DNA of 64,000 nt from Albugo candida (lineage: Eukaryota): contig JBDOQK010000036.1 of the NCBI GenBank assembly GCA_040437565.1, positions 124,001-188,000 on the forward strand. Reading direction: 5' to 3'. The notes below the pieces were generated by a model. It was not told the origin of the DNA, searched no databases, and saw nothing but the letters and a program-made list of their open reading frames with translations. Shown here one piece after another: positions 48,831-64,000 of the stretch. Positions within the stretch are counted from its first letter, which is position 1. The number at the start of each line of letters is the position of its first letter. The translations under genes were made by a program, and so were the position numbers.

Positions 48831-50793
48831 ATGACATCAAAAAGCATTTGCAATCAACAGCGAGTGATCATACATTTGGATTTGGATTGTTTTTACGCGC
48901 AAGTAGAAGGTCTCAGACTAAAGATACCCGAAACTGAACCAATCGCAGCGCATCAGTGGGGTTTTGTATTGGCGGTTAATTACGTTGCGCGGCAGTATGG
49001 CGTCAAACGTGGAGATTTGATCGATGAAGCCTTGAAAAAATGCCCCAAAATCCATATAGTATGTGCGATTATTCCATTCCAAGCGTAAACACGCTCTAAC
49101 CACAAAATGTAGCCGCATGTGGAAGTACTTGGAGAGAATCGGTTAACGAATGGCGAACCGTATGACCGTGCTCATCAGAAGGCGACATTACGTCGATATC
49201 GAGACGCCAGTAACGTTATTTTCCAAGTCTTACGAAAATACGCGAGTGTTTGTGAACGTGCAGGTATTGATGAAGCATATCTGGATGTAACCGAACGAGC
49301 ACGGGAACTTGTGGCGAGAATGGAGCACCAAACGCACGACTTTTGTACGTATGCTATCAATCGAGATACTTTAGTGTATGGCGTCTGTGAGCGAAGAAGG
49401 AGCAAAAAAAGTAATGGCGATTTGAAACGCGAAGCAGATGGTTCAGAAGAAGAGTGTGATGTGAGTGAGACGACAGTCCCCTTCGCGGGATTCCCATTGA
49501 CAGAGGAAGAACAACTTTTGTGTGTGGGAGCATCGATCTCTCGTGAGATTCGGGAGGCTGTCTATAGCGAGCTTGGATATCGCTGCTCGACTGGAATTGC
49601 CACGAATAAACTCGTCGCTAAACTCGCGTCTCCTTTAAACAAACCCAACGGCCAAACGGTATCATTTATACACTCACGAAAACACTCGCAAGCTGATTGT
49701 GATCTTACTATAGATTGTATCTCCACGATTTGTGCAGCTATTAATGCGTCATCATCCGATACAAAAAGTGCGTGGTTTGGGAGGTAAACTTGGCAATCGA
49801 ATGATGGAATATCACGATCAATTTGTTTGCAGCAAAGCAAAACAAGAAAGTAAAGGGCTTCAAAAGCATCAGAACACGATGGAATCTGGTGATAAGCGTG
49901 ATGAAGTGAAGTCAAAGATAACTGCCGGAGAATTCATAGACGCTTGCAGTTTGTCAAGTTTGAGTTCTTACTTTGGAAATGAGACCGCAGAGTTTGTGTA
50001 TCGCCTATGTCAAGGGGATGATGGCAATGAACCTGTCGACGGTGAAAAAGTTGATTTGAAAGGCTTCAGTTCTACCAAGCAGTTTACGCCGAATAGCCAC
50101 ATTCAGAATGAACTTCAATTGCGGTATTGGCTCGGTATTTTATCAGAAGAAATGATGGATCGAATCAATGAAGAAAAACGAGATCATCGTCGATTTCCAG
50201 TTCATGTGACGCTACACGTTACGTCAAGCAGCGGGAAAACCAAATGCCGTCGCATATACGCAAATCAGAGCGTCACTCTGGACACACTATCTCGTCTCAG
50301 CTTTCGAACATTGGAGAATGAATTGGACCAAATTCTCCCGCTTTCGCACATAACACTGCACGCCAAAGACTTTATATCGATTGCAGAAGAAAAAGCAAGC
50401 ATTTCATCTTTTTTCTCAAAGCAACAAACCGCAATCAATGACAAAGAAGAATTATCAGAGCAGAGCGACGTGAGGTTAATAGAGAGCGATCAAGTCAAAA
50501 CGATGCCCAAAGCAAAGCAAAAAAACATCAGAAGCTTTTTCACTCGTCCGATTGTCAGATCCAACTCCGAGTGCACAAAGAAGGATACCGACACAACGGA
50601 AAACGATGACGCATTTTACTGCGCAGAGTGCAATTGTCATATTCGTACGCCCAAAGAAGAGCACAAAGATTACCATTTTGCAAAATCGATTCGACAAAAA
50701 GACATTTCCCGTTCGGAAACCTGCATGAAGAATAACCTTTCTGGAACGATGGACGTATTTCTGAGTCAATATAACAAGAAGCCTCGCCGATGA
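48831..50793 (+). CDS. POLH: DNA polymerase eta (Y family), 3 exons
   Basis: HLDLDCFYAQVE, AVNYVARQYGVKRG, GIDEAYLD, NKLVAKLASPLNKPNGQT, VRGLGGKLG. C-terminal UBZ (CAEC...EHKDYHFA) and basic NLS. Confidence 0.93.
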
Positions 50794-50854
50794 GCTCAGC
50801 ATCCCAACGGGGTGGATACTTTTGTTTTGTACTGTAGTATATGCCATTTTCGAG

Positions 50855-51955
50855 ATGAAACCTTTGGAGCTGTCGCCGGCACACACGCACGCAAAATACA
50901 TGAGTTTATGCGTCCTCTGCTTACAGAACAGTTTATTAGCGGTGGTTATGCGTCTTTCACGTGCAAGTGGACGTCCTCAATACAACACACGCACAGCTGT
51001 GCTTATGGGAGAAGTACTCAAAGTCTTGATTTCCGCTTTACTCATCATATGGGTACGCTTCACAGAAACTTGCCGTTCCCAGAGATACATTCGTGAAGGA
51101 TGCATTACTATCAAACCCCAAGCAAGTCCATTTACAACCATTTTCGATTGGAAGGAAATGATCCGAATCAGCATTCCAGCGCTTATGTATGTGGTGCAAA
51201 ATAATCTCCAATACATTGCAATTTCCAACTTGGATGCGCCTGTGTTTCAAGTGCTGTATCAGCTCAAAATCCTATCAACTGCGATATTCTCAGTGGCAAT
51301 AATGGGAAAATCCATCCTTCCCGTACAATGGCTTGCGATTGTCTTGCTTATGTTGGGTGTGGCCTTGGTCCAGCTTGATGAAAGCAAAGCATCAGTTATT
51401 CCCAGCAAAGATGTTAATTCAATTGTCCCCAACCAACAGAGCACATCAACGGGTCTTATTGCTGTCGTGTGCGCTTGTATCTGTTCTGGTTTCGCCGGTG
51501 TCTACTTTGAGAAAATTCTCAAGCGTGTGGATTCAAAAGGGACGATATGGGAGCGTAATGTTCAAATGGGAATCGTTAGTATCGTATTGGCTTTAATGGG
51601 TCTATTCTGGCAAGATCGACAATTCCTTACAGAATTCGGATTCTTTCACGGCTACCGACTCGTTGTATGGGGTGCGATAACGATCAGCGCTGCTGGAGGT
51701 TTACTGACAGCAATTGTCGTCAAATATGCTGACAATATCCTCAAAGCGTTTGCGACTTCCATCGCGACTGTGTTATCGGTGATCATGTCCATACTGTTGT
51801 TCAACAAAATTCCAACAGCTCAATTCGCGCTTGGAACAATACTTGTAAACTTTTCAGTCTTTGTGTATGGAAACGCATCGAATATGTTGCAAGAATTGAC
51901 GCCGCTTCCGCAACTGATGCCTTCTTTGCATAAAAGAAAGATCGCAAACGCGTGA
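50855..51955 (+). CDS. Nucleotide-sugar transporter, SLC35A (UDP-galactose/UDP-GlcNAc) family
   Basis: IPALMYVVQNNLQY, FQVLYQLKIL, SGFAGVYFEKILK, VVKYADNILKAFATS. Confidence 0.93.
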   Translation: MKPLELSPAHTHAKYMSLCVLCLQNSLLAVVMRLSRASGRPQYNTRTAVLMGEVLKVLISALLIIWVRFTETCRSQRYIREGCITIKPQASPFTTIFDWKEMIRISIPALMYVVQNNLQYIAISNLDAPVFQVLYQLKILSTAIFSVAIMGKSILPVQWLAIVLLMLGVALVQLDESKASVIPSKDVNSIVPNQQSTSTGLIAVVCACICSGFAGVYFEKILKRVDSKGTIWERNVQMGIVSIVLALMGLFWQDRQFLTEFGFFHGYRLVVWGAITISAAGGLLTAIVVKYADNILKAFATSIATVLSVIMSILLFNKIPTAQFALGTILVNFSVFVYGNASNMLQELTPLPQLMPSLHKRKIANA

Positions 51956-52135
51956 GCGTATTCGTAATTCTCATTTCGTAATGATCCCGAAATTAGACTA
52001 GCATTATGTGCTCCACACTATCTACTTGTCGAAATCTTCGCAAACGAGAGCCTCAAAGAAGGCCGCCACACAACGATCCAATTTCACTGCCTCTGCTCTT
52101 CCACTGATATCAAAAAGCTCATATTATCTACAGAA

Positions 52136-55100
52136 ATGACTGCCGCAGTCAATAGCTCTGGTACGCTCCTTCAAATCGTTTTTTTTCGCGAATTTCGTTC
52201 GCTTTTTCGACCTAAAAGGGACTTCTCCTAATCGTTGTATTAGCGAGTGGAATCCTAGCGCTTTTAGAGGAGAACGATAATTCGCTAAAGGTACATAAAC
52301 ACTTATACAAAAACAGCACTCAAACGCGTCTATTTCCTCCCATTAGGCTCACGCACTTCAAAAGCTGCACGCAGTAATCGATCATTATTGGGTGGAAATC
52401 GCTGATGCGATACCGTTGATTGAGGGTCTGTCTGAAGACGAAGACTTTCCTGATCGCGATCTTGCAGCTTTTGTGGCATCGAAATGTTTTTTCCACTTGG
52501 AAGAATACGAGGACGCTTTGCGTTTGGCGTTAGGCGCTGGCTCCTATTTCGATTTACAGATCAAATCTCAATACACCGACACGATCATTGGTACCCGTCT
52601 TCGTGTCTGAAATTGCAAAACTGAATGCTGAAGGACGCTTTGTAGCCACATGTATTGATGAATACGCAAACGTTCGAAACAAGCAAGAAAAAAGTGACGA
52701 GGAAGAGCTTTTAGACCCACGGATGAAAATTGTGGTCGAACGAATGTTTGAACGGTGTTATGCGACCGGAGAATTCAAACAAGCGCTTGGAATTGCTTTG
52801 GAAACTCGACGTTTGGATCACGTTGAAGAGTGTTTTGCTCAATGCACAGAAGTCTTGGATATCTTGGCGTATTGCTTTGACGTCTGCAGAAATATCATCA
52901 CGAATCGCGATTTCAGGATGCAAGTGTATGAGGTCATGGTCAAGGTAAGGGCGACATTGTCTACGATGACTTGATTCTTCCGTTTGTGCTGTAGACATAC
53001 CGCAATCAACCTGTCCAAGATTACTCCAACATGTGTCAATGTCTTCAGATGCTCGATAATCATTTGGAAGTCACCAGAATCCTGGAGAAACTGATTCGAG
53101 GCTCGACCGATGATACACTGGTGGCTTTCCAGGTCGCTTTTGATCTATTTGAAAATGAAAATCAGAAATTCCTGATGAACATTTACCATTCACTTCCTTC
53201 CCATCCGACAGCGCTTGAAGCAGCTAGCGCCACAGAGAGCAAAAGTAACGACGGGAATGAGAATGATCCGTCCGTCACCACAGGAGCTTTAAATGCATCC
53301 ACGCCGATTCCTTCTGGAGGCCCTGCAAATTACTGGGAACTCCTCGACAAGCTCAAATTGATCCTCAGTGGAGAATTTATTGGTGAATTAGTTTTGGATT
53401 TCTTACACAGACAATCAGACACCGATCCGCTGATCATGAAATCGATCAAAACGGCAGTGGAGGAACGAAATTCAGTGCTTAATCATTCGGCTGTTATCGC
53501 TCACGCGTACATGAATTGCGGCACTACTGCGGACCAGTTTCTTCGCGATAACCTCGATTGGCTCGGAAAAGCGACCAACTGGGCAAAATTTACTGCAACA
53601 GCTACCTTGGGTGTGATCCACAAAGAACACGTTCGAGAGAGCATGAATCTTCTTGCTCCATACTTGTCAACGAATGGAAACTCCACTTCGTCGTACTCGG
53701 AAGGAGGTGCTCTTTACGCGATGGGTCTGATTCACGCGAACAAAGGCTTTGCTGGGACGGGAAGTAAGAGTATAATGGAGTACATACGCACCGCACTGAA
53801 GAATTCCGGTACCGATGAAGTTGTTCAGCACGGCGCTTGCCTTGGAATTGGACTTTGTGGCCTTGCGTCTCAAGACTATGAGATCTATGAAGAGCTGAAA
53901 AATATGATGTTCACCGATTCGGCTGTAGCCGGCGAGGCTGCAGGTATCTCGATTGGGCTCGTGTTGCTTGGTGCTGGAAGCAATTATCGGAATGGAGAAA
54001 TACTTCGAGATTTGCTTGGTTATGCTCACGACACAAAGCACGAAAAGATCATTCGAGGCGCAGTTATGGGTATCGCTTTGATGATGTACGGACGAGAAGA
54101 ACAAGCGGATGCATTGATTGAGCAGTTGGTTCGCGATAAAGATTGGCTGATTCGTTATGGAGGAATGTATGCAATCGCTATGGCGTACTGTGGAACTTCC
54201 AACAATAACGCAGTGCGACGACTGCTTCATGTGGCTGTGAGCGACGTATCTGACAACGTCCGTCGCGCTGCTGTCACGTGTTTGGGATTTGTACTGTTTC
54301 GGAATTCTGTTCAAGTTCCAAAATTGGTATCGCTTCTTTCAGAGAGCTTTAATCCTCACGTACGATATGGCGCGTGTATCGCTGTTGGAATCGCCTGTGC
54401 TGGATCCGCAAAGAATGAAGCCATTCAGCTTTTGGATCCTTTACTCGATGATCCCGTTGATTACGTTCGCCAAGGAGCTCTATTGGCTTTAGCAATGGTA
54501 TTGATGCAAGAATCAGAAGGAAGGAATCCCAAAGTCGCAGTAATCCACGAGAAGATCCGCAAATACATCAACGACAAGCACGTGACGACGATGACCAAGG
54601 TACGATGTGAAGATATCTGTGAGCTCTGTATGCTGATTGTGGGTGCTTTTAGATGGGAGCAGTTCTGGCTCAAGGGATTTTGGATGCGGGCGGTCGGAAT
54701 GTCGTCATTTCACTCCAGTCACACACAGGGTTTGTTATCGCGTGCTCATTTGACGGGAGGGTACTGATTGAAATGTGGTAGATTCACAAAGATGTCGGCG
54801 GTTGTCGGGCTGGCAATCTGGGCGCAATATTGGTTCTGGTATCCGCTTTTCAACTTTCTGGAGCTGTCATTTCAACCGACATTGGCGATAGGACTGAACC
54901 AAGATCTCAAGCTTCCTAAAGCATTCGGACTCGTATGCAATTCGAAGAAATCGATGTTTGCAACTCCGAAACGAATGGAAGAGAAAAAAGATGAAAAGAA
55001 AGAATTGATCGCAACAGCCGTGTTGTCGACTACTGCCAAAGCAAAAGCACGACAAGCAAGACATGATGTAAAGGAGAAGCAAGCTGAAGGCTCGGAAGGG

Positions 55101-55439
55101 AAGAAGGAGATGGAGCCAGAGGCAATGGAAGTCGATGATGAAGGCGTAGAACCAGTGGCTGCCCCCATCAAGGAAAAGGAAAAGGAACCATCCAGCTATA
55201 CGCTATCGAATCCAGCCCGAGTGACCATGGCTCAAGAAGCGTATATAACGTACGATTTATCGCAACGACATGTCCCAGTAGTCCCAAGTAGACGTCCAGG
55301 TGGCATCATCATGCTGCGTGATACCAAACCGGAAGAAGAAGAAGACGTCGAAGCTGTCAGAGCGCCTCTAGGAGCAGGCGTCGAGGAAGAAGCTGAGCCT
55401 CCAGAGCCATTTGAATGGAAATCCAGCCAAGAATCGTAG
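52136..55439 (+). CDS. PSMD1: 26S proteasome regulatory subunit RPN2/PSMD1 (multi-exon)
   Basis: [42 protein letters not shown] repeats, [27 protein letters not shown]-terminal EPPEPFEW. Confidence 0.96.
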
Positions 55440-55519
55440 TGCTGGAAAGTGATACTGTAGCCGTGAAATGAAATTCTCATTCTTATGGACCATTTTGTTT
55501 TGGAATACATTCAGCTCAT

Positions 55520-57546
<2,027 letters not shown>

Positions 57547-58286
57547 ATCTTCCAGTGAGGCTTATTTATCTGTTTTAATTGGCTAATAGACAATATCGAT
57601 CAATTCTGTGTTGTTTTCTATCGGATTTTCTGCGACTGAAATGATGTGAAATGGAGCATTTTATTCATCAAAATGCGTGCTTTGCGGTCATTGAGACGGA
57701 GATTCGAGTCATCTGAATATGTTGAGATACGATAGGACGAGAATGAGAAGTGAAGAGCTCAATTCGGATGCAATTTACTGTACAGATAAAAAAGGAGTGG
57801 AACATGCAAAGGGACTACGATTCGAAATGTATTGTAAGGCTATGAGTATGATCCTGCTTATTTATAAGTTCGGCTTGCGACTGAGAGCTTTTGTGACGAA
57901 GTTATTGTATGTAATGTGCCGTGAGCGTAAGGATCCAAAGTCAAATACGGTTGTCCACTCATTGATTCAATATCTTTTCACTGTTGAATCTGGCTTAAAG
58001 TACTCATTCATCTCAATTCGGGCTGAAAAATGTATCTTATCCTGCATTATGTTAAGCGTCTCCAATACCAGTATCCACTATACATCGAGAGCACCCATCT
58101 ATCGAAACTAAAACAGTCTTTATTTTATGTCTTTAAACCACATGCTGTCCACTGACCACCGCGAAATAGCGTACATATACGCTCGTAGTTATTGTTCCCG
58201 AGAGCTTCGATTTCATTGTTTTATTAACGGAGTTTCATATTCGGCTCGGATTGGCTGTAATTGCAACAGCTATTATTGTAGCATCG

Positions 58287-60679
58287 ATGGCTGCGATGGA
58301 CGTTCTTGCATCATCTTTATCTCATGAGCGTAAGCACTTTAATGGCTCAAAAGCGATCACAAAAGACATAAACTGGAGCTCACAATGTAAATCTGCTGTA
58401 TCGCTATTGAAAGAACGTCCAATTACATTTGTACGGGCTAGAAATCACACGCAACATAATCATGGAGATGACTTCGAGTCGAATGATCAGAAAAAACTTG
58501 CTAAAAGAGAGAAGACACGAAGTATCGTTAGTGAATCAGAAATATTGAACTTGATGGAATGGAAAAACGCAAGAAAAATCGGCCCTGGCTTCTCTAATCT
58601 AGGCAATACGTGCTATTTGAATGCTGTGCTGCAGTGTCTCTGCTATACTCCGTCCCTGGTCCAGCACTTGCTTCAGAATCAAAATAATATCGCCAAAAAG
58701 AAGCAATCAAATTCGTTTTGTGCACTACAGAGTATAGTGAATTTGTTTGCTCGCGTTCATCTTGAACCAAAATCAGTTCAGCCACAAAACTCTTTCCACA
58801 GCAAAAGTTTTCAGCATTCAAAAATTATACAGCCTCGAGATTTCGTGATGAACGTTCGTCTTCTCTCCAAACATTTCCGAATTGGCAGACAGGAAGACGC
58901 TCATGAGTTTTTCCGCTCTTTACTGGACAGCATACAAAAGTCGTGTTTGCAAGCTGCTCGATTCACAAGTGATCTCGACCCTGCGGCCTCAACCACTTTG
59001 ATACCGCGAATTTTCGGAGGAAAATTGAAAAGTAGCCTCAAGTGTGTGAAATGCTCGTATGTATCGGAGCATCTGGAAGATTTCCAGGATCTATCGTTGG
59101 AAATACACAATGGGATACAAAGTATCACCGAAGCAATTGACCACTTTACTGCAGTGGAAAAGCTGGATGAGAAGAATGCTTGGAAATGTACAAAGTGTCG
59201 TTTATTCAATCGTGCTGAAAAAGGACTTACAATTGCAGCCTATCCAAACGTTCTTGTGATCCAGCTGAAACGATTCGATGGGTTTCTTGGGGGTAAAATA
59301 AAAAAGCACGTTTCTTTCCCGCTCGAGCTCACGCTTCCGAATTCTCACAAGAAAGAAAGCCGAAATCGGACTAAATATGCTTTGTACGCAATATTGGTCC
59401 ACGCTGGTCACTCTACAGACTGCGGTCACTATTATTCTTTTGTAAAGGGATCGTCCAGACAATGGTACGAGATGAACGATGACTCTGTACGATGGGTTTC
59501 CGCCGACACAGTATTGAGCCAAAGAGCGTATATTTTATTTTATTCTCGCGTCATAGCTGGAAATGAAAAAGTTGCACAAGCACCAGTGTGTAATGGGAAG
59601 GAAGAAATTCATCCACAGCTATGCAGCATTTCGGAACCAGCCGAAGCTCGACCTTTACTTGTCAAGAAGGAAACTACGTCTTCAAAGCCTGTAACTGAAG
59701 GCATACAGAGAGTGAATGAACTCGACAAAGCGATTGTTGGATCATCTTTAAAAGCCAGCACAATATTTTGCAAAGAAACGAAGGAGAATGAGGNNNNNNN
59801 NNNNNNNNNNNNNNNNNNNNNNNNNNNNNNNNNNNNNNNNNNNNNNNNNNNNNNNNNNNNNNNNNNNNNNNNNNNNNNNNNNNNNNNNNNNNNAGCATTT
59901 CGGAACCAGCCGAAGCTCGACCTTTACTTGTCAAGAAGGAAACTACGTCTTCAAAGCCTGTAACTGAAGGCATACAGAGAGTGAATGAACTCGACAAAGC
60001 GATTGTTGGATCATCTTTAAAAGCCAGCACAATATTTTGCAAAGAAACGAAGGAGAATGAGGCAGAAATTCCAGCTGGGGGCTCAGTCGTAACGTACCAC
60101 GTGAACGCACAGGAGGGAAGTAACGTTTCAGAAGCTCAGATGTCCTCAGTCTTTGCTGGTTTTAGCAGTCGATTTAAATTCTCTTATGATGCTTGCTCAA
60201 TGTGGACGCTCACGCCTTCTCTTCACATGCAATCGATAAAAGTTGTATGTGATCCCAAAGCCTCGCAATCAGTAAAAGTCGAACGGGAAAACAATGTCAT
60301 TCAGTCTCCACCAAAACCTGTACCCGCTCACATTCTAAAGCCGAGCAGAGGCGGTGTCAATGCCTCACTGTATGGAACAGAAATCGAAAAATGGAATGAC
60401 GATCCTCAGGCTTCGACTGCCGCAGATGAAGATTTGTCCGCAAAACATGACAGAATTCTTGGCAATTTGGTCCAAGAGGATCATCAAAGACGGCGTTTGG
60501 GTCGTCTCGACAGCTGGAATCAATCATTAGATTCTGGAAAATTGAAAAAAATTCGACAAAAGCGCGATTTTGTATCGAATGAAGGACGCTCCAATTCCTT
60601 TCAGCACGCTTTGGAAGTCAAGCGTGTTCGATTCGGAAACAGTGCTGATAGGTCTTCTTATGAAAAGAGAGGCGAGTAA
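58287..60679 (+). CDS. Ubiquitin-specific protease USP36/42-like (UBP23-like); gap duplication inside
   Basis: Cys box GFSNLGNTCYLNAVLQCL, GRQEDAHEF, His box HAGHSTDCGHYY, WYEMND. C-terminal WNQSLDSGKLKKIR typical of USP36/42. Confidence 0.9.
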
Positions 60680-61346
60680 TAGAGATTTACCAACAAATCT
60701 GTCTTTATTTGGCTGAATATAACGCTCGCTTGGTGTTAAAATGCTATTAATTCGCCGACTGATACTTGCGATTTTGTCTCAAAAAGCTGACGATACGCCT
60801 CGAAAGGTCAGGTTACAGGAACACAGGAAGAAGGTCGATGCGACTCCAATTCACTCAGCTCGCAACAAATCAACACACGGAAATTGTGACGGCATGCTGC
60901 TGGACACCCGAGAATGATGCGGTCTCTTGCAGTGATGACAATACGATAGTTCGCTGGCGGATGGATGGTGAAGTGGTTGGAAAAATCACCACTATCGATG
61001 CGTATGTGACATCGATCGATTGGAGTCCCTCAATAGGCAAACAAGCGGCCGATACATTTGCTGTATCGTGCACGGACGGTTCGCTGCTTCGTCTCTGAGC
61101 ACATGCGAAGTCATCGCTAAGAGAGGTTTTGTAGGAACATTCCGATTGATTACAAAAAGTGGACGCGAAGAAAAGANNNNNNNNNNNNNNNNNNNNNNNN
61201 NNNNNNNNNNNNNNNNNNNNNNNNNNNNNNNNNNNNNNNNNNNNNNNNNNNNNNNNNNNNNNNNNNNNNNNNNNNNGCGATTTTGTCTCAAAAAGCTGAC
61301 GATACGCCTCGAAAGGTCAGGTTACAGGAACACAGGAAGAAGGTCG

Positions 61347-63697
61347 ATGCGACTCCAATTCACTCAGCTCGCAACAAATCAACACACGGAAATTGTGACG
61401 GCATGCTGCTGGACACCCGAGAATGATGCGGTCTCTTGCAGTGATGACAATACGATAGTTCGCTGGCGGATGGATGGTGAAGTGGTTGGAAAAATCACCA
61501 CTATCGATGCGTATGTGACATCGATCGATTGGAGTCCCTCAATAGGCAAACAAGCGGCCGATACATTTGCTGTATCGTGCACGGACGGTTCGCTGCTTCG
61601 TCTCTGAGCACATGCGAATTCATCGCTAAGAGAGGTTTTGTAGGAACATTCCGATTGATTACAAAAAGTGGACGCGAAGAAAAGAGAGTGCAAGCATCTG
61701 AAGGAGCTGTCATCGCACTCAAATGGAATTATGATGGAACGGCTCTGATCACTGCTGGCGAGGACGGAATGCTCAAAATTTGGTCCAGAAGCGGAAATCT
61801 TCGCTCCACATTGGCGTCCACAGGTCGATCCGTTTATGCAGCTTGCTGGGGCCCCGACAATGATCAGCTTTTATTCACAAACGGTGGTAATTTGGTGATC
61901 AAAACGGTGCAATTGGGTCGTAAAGATATTTTATGGAAGGCTCATGATGGAGCGATTCTTTGTGTGGACTGGAATCCTATCAATCAGCGGATTATTTCGG
62001 GTGGAGAGGACCGTATATTTCGCGTTTGGGATAATTTTGGCCGTCAGCTTTTTCAAAGTCCTGTCGCCGAATATGTGATAACATCTCTCGCGTGGTGTCC
62101 AAATGGAGAAACATTTGCTGTGGGCTCGTACGATATGCTTCGACTATGTGATAAAACGGGATGGTCCTATTCACGTGAAAGACCTCGCTCTGGATCGCTT
62201 ATGGATATCGCGTGGGCTTCCGACAGCACGCAGTTGATAGCTGCAGGTGGAAATGGAGCTACCGTGTTTGCACAGATTACGGACCGTATTCTGACGTGGA
62301 ACAAACTTGAGGTCAAATTGATCGATCCGCGTAAAATCCACGTGCATGATGTCATGAACGAGACCTTGGAAGAGATTGATTTCGCTCGAGATCGTGTCAT
62401 TGAGATGTCTGTGGGGTATGGCTTCATGGTCGTCTGCACCGCGACCCAATGCTTCATCTATAGCTCATCGAATTGGAACACTCCCCACATATTTGATCTC
62501 CGGGCGACTGTCAATTTGATTGTACAAAGTCAGCAACATTACCTCACAGTTGACAATTTCAATGGCATACAAGTGTACTCATACGAAGGAAAGCAAATTT
62601 GCTCTCCAAAGTTTCCAGGAATGCATCCAGAATTCCTCAACAAACTGACAATCTCTTTGGCCACGGAAACATTGGCTATCCTGGATCATTCCGATCGTAA
62701 AACGATTCGGACGTTTGATATCACAACAGGCAAACCTCTTCCGATCGTATTGTCTCATGCTCTGGAGATCTCCGAGCTGTCTCTATCGAGTTTTGGTCTT
62801 ATGGAAGATCGAAGACTTTGCTTTATCGATCGTAATCGAGATTTGTATATCTCACGCATCATGCAGAAAGGTTCTGTCAAGCTCCATGGTCAAGTAGATA
62901 CCGCAGCCTGGAATGACTCATCCGAGATATTAGTTGCCATCGCTGATAGTAAATTGGTGACTTGGCTGTATGCCAATATGGTTTTTGTGGATCGAACTCT
63001 TCTCACAGAAGTGATGGAACTGCAAGATGGGAGTAATTTCTCAAAGCTTCCCGCAATCACAAGCTTTACCGGATCCAATATCACCGTTAGGCGAGCGGAT
63101 GGAACGTCCATAGCAGCTACTATTGCTCCGTATCCCATCATGCTGTACGAATTCACAACGAGCCGCGACTGGGATAAAGCAGTTCGTTTCTGCCGATACG
63201 TTAAAAGCAAAAGTCTGTGGACTTGTCTTGCTGGAATCGCCTTGAATCAGCGTCATTTGGATACGGCTGAAATCGCTCTCGCTGCAATCGAATGCATCGA
63301 CAAACTCTATTTTATCTTGCACGTGAAGAATATGGTCTCCGATGAGCGCAGAAACGCAGAATTGGCTTTGTATTCCGGTGACATCGAAGATGCAGAAGCA
63401 ATCCTACTGCAAGCTCATCCGAAACCGTTAATATATCGTGCCATCAAACTGAATCTTCGGCTTTTTCGCTGGAATCGTGCTTTAGAGCTTGCTGTTCGGT
63501 ATACAACAGATGCAGGCACACATGTCGATACGGTCTTGGCGTATCGTGGACGCTTTCTAGCGGCCAACGGACTACAAGAGACCGATAAAAACTTTTTGCA
63601 ATACGCGGATCAAGTGCAATTGGACTGGGAGACCATCGCAAAAAAGAAGGCTTTGGAGCGAGAACGAGAGCAGCAGAGTGCATCAAAGTCTCACTAG
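61347..63697 (+). CDS. IFT80: Intraflagellar transport protein 80 (WD repeats); the 5' end appears twice because of an assembly duplication (first copy from 60838)
   Basis: DGTALITAGEDG.LKIWSRSG.LRSTL, WKAHDG, SGGED, NWNTPHIFDL, YSYEG, HVDTVLAYR. Confidence 0.96.
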
Positions 63698-63755
63698 TAA
63701 GAAAATAGAGAGATTCTATTGCGTACAGCTCATTTACTTTGTTCAATCACCATAT

Positions 63756-64000
63756 TTACATCCGTCTGAGCGTCTCAGAGCCCACAAAACTCGATGCTGT
63801 CCCCGAGATCACTTCCAGCGGATATATTGGCTGACCAGCAGCGACGTATGAGAAATAAATTGTTGGCTCGGGACCTCGTAATGGCAGGTTTTGAACTTCA
63901 TCAGCCTGCACCCAAGTCGCTCCAACACTCTCATAATCTGGAATCGACTTTGGCAATTGATCCGAATCTACAGGCTCTGCATAGAACACAAACCGCATAC
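63756..64000 (-). CDS. Nudix hydrolase C-terminal part (NUDT18-like), truncated by the window edge
   Basis: MRFVFYAEP...KSIPDYESVGATW...LPLRGPEP resembles the post-Nudix-box segment of NUDT18-type proteins. Confidence 0.55.
   Translation of the reverse strand, partial: MRFVFYAEPVDSDQLPKSIPDYESVGATWVQADEVQNLPLRGPEPTIYFSYVAAGQPIYPLEVISGTASSFVGSETLRRM

Noticed and set aside
57719-58111. 130-aa ORF between RUVBL1 and USP
   Set aside because: No recognisable domain or composition bias; likely a chance ORF in a divergent promoter or UTR.
60766-61176. Second IFT80 5' copy as a paralog
   Set aside because: Near-identical (one SNP) to 61277-61685 across an N gap; assembly overlap.

Overview
Eukaryotic genomic DNA from a gene-dense oomycete. 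The short GT-AG introns, tiny intergenic spacers, an oomycete INR/FPR core promoter and the flagellar gene IFT80 suggest an Albugo-like white rust, but the species is inferred, not shown. The first ~11.7 kb is repeat-derived: a hairpin-rich solo LTR (581-1174), a full-length but decayed Ty1/Copia element (2550-8353, GGATG target-site duplication, half-tRNAiMet-type primer site), and next to it a coiled-coil gene whose true C-terminal frame, missed by the ORF track because of an N gap, resembles the DUF3627 domain of large-DNA-virus BRO-like proteins. From 11.8 kb to the end there are ~23 tightly packed genes: RPC25, an orphan basic protein, HSP90, HADHA, an SR-like RRM protein, RMI2, a TMX/PDI, PSMB5, STK19, importin-7/8, a CTP-dependent lipid kinase-like protein, an ALMT/FUSC-like transporter with an EF-hand pair, a divergent poly(A) polymerase, a PH-SnoaL-C2-MAP kinase, a 4x cNMP-binding protein, a HAD-like protein, MCM5, Pol eta, an SLC35A transporter, RPN2, RUVBL1, USP36/42, IFT80 and a partial Nudix gene. 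Eight of the nine 100-N gaps are flanked by duplicated sequence (assembly overlaps). No tRNA, rRNA or CRISPR array was recognised. The most unusual items are the SnoaL-containing MAPK, the EF-hand transporter and the virus-like gene. All family assignments are by motif recognition; no database search was run.
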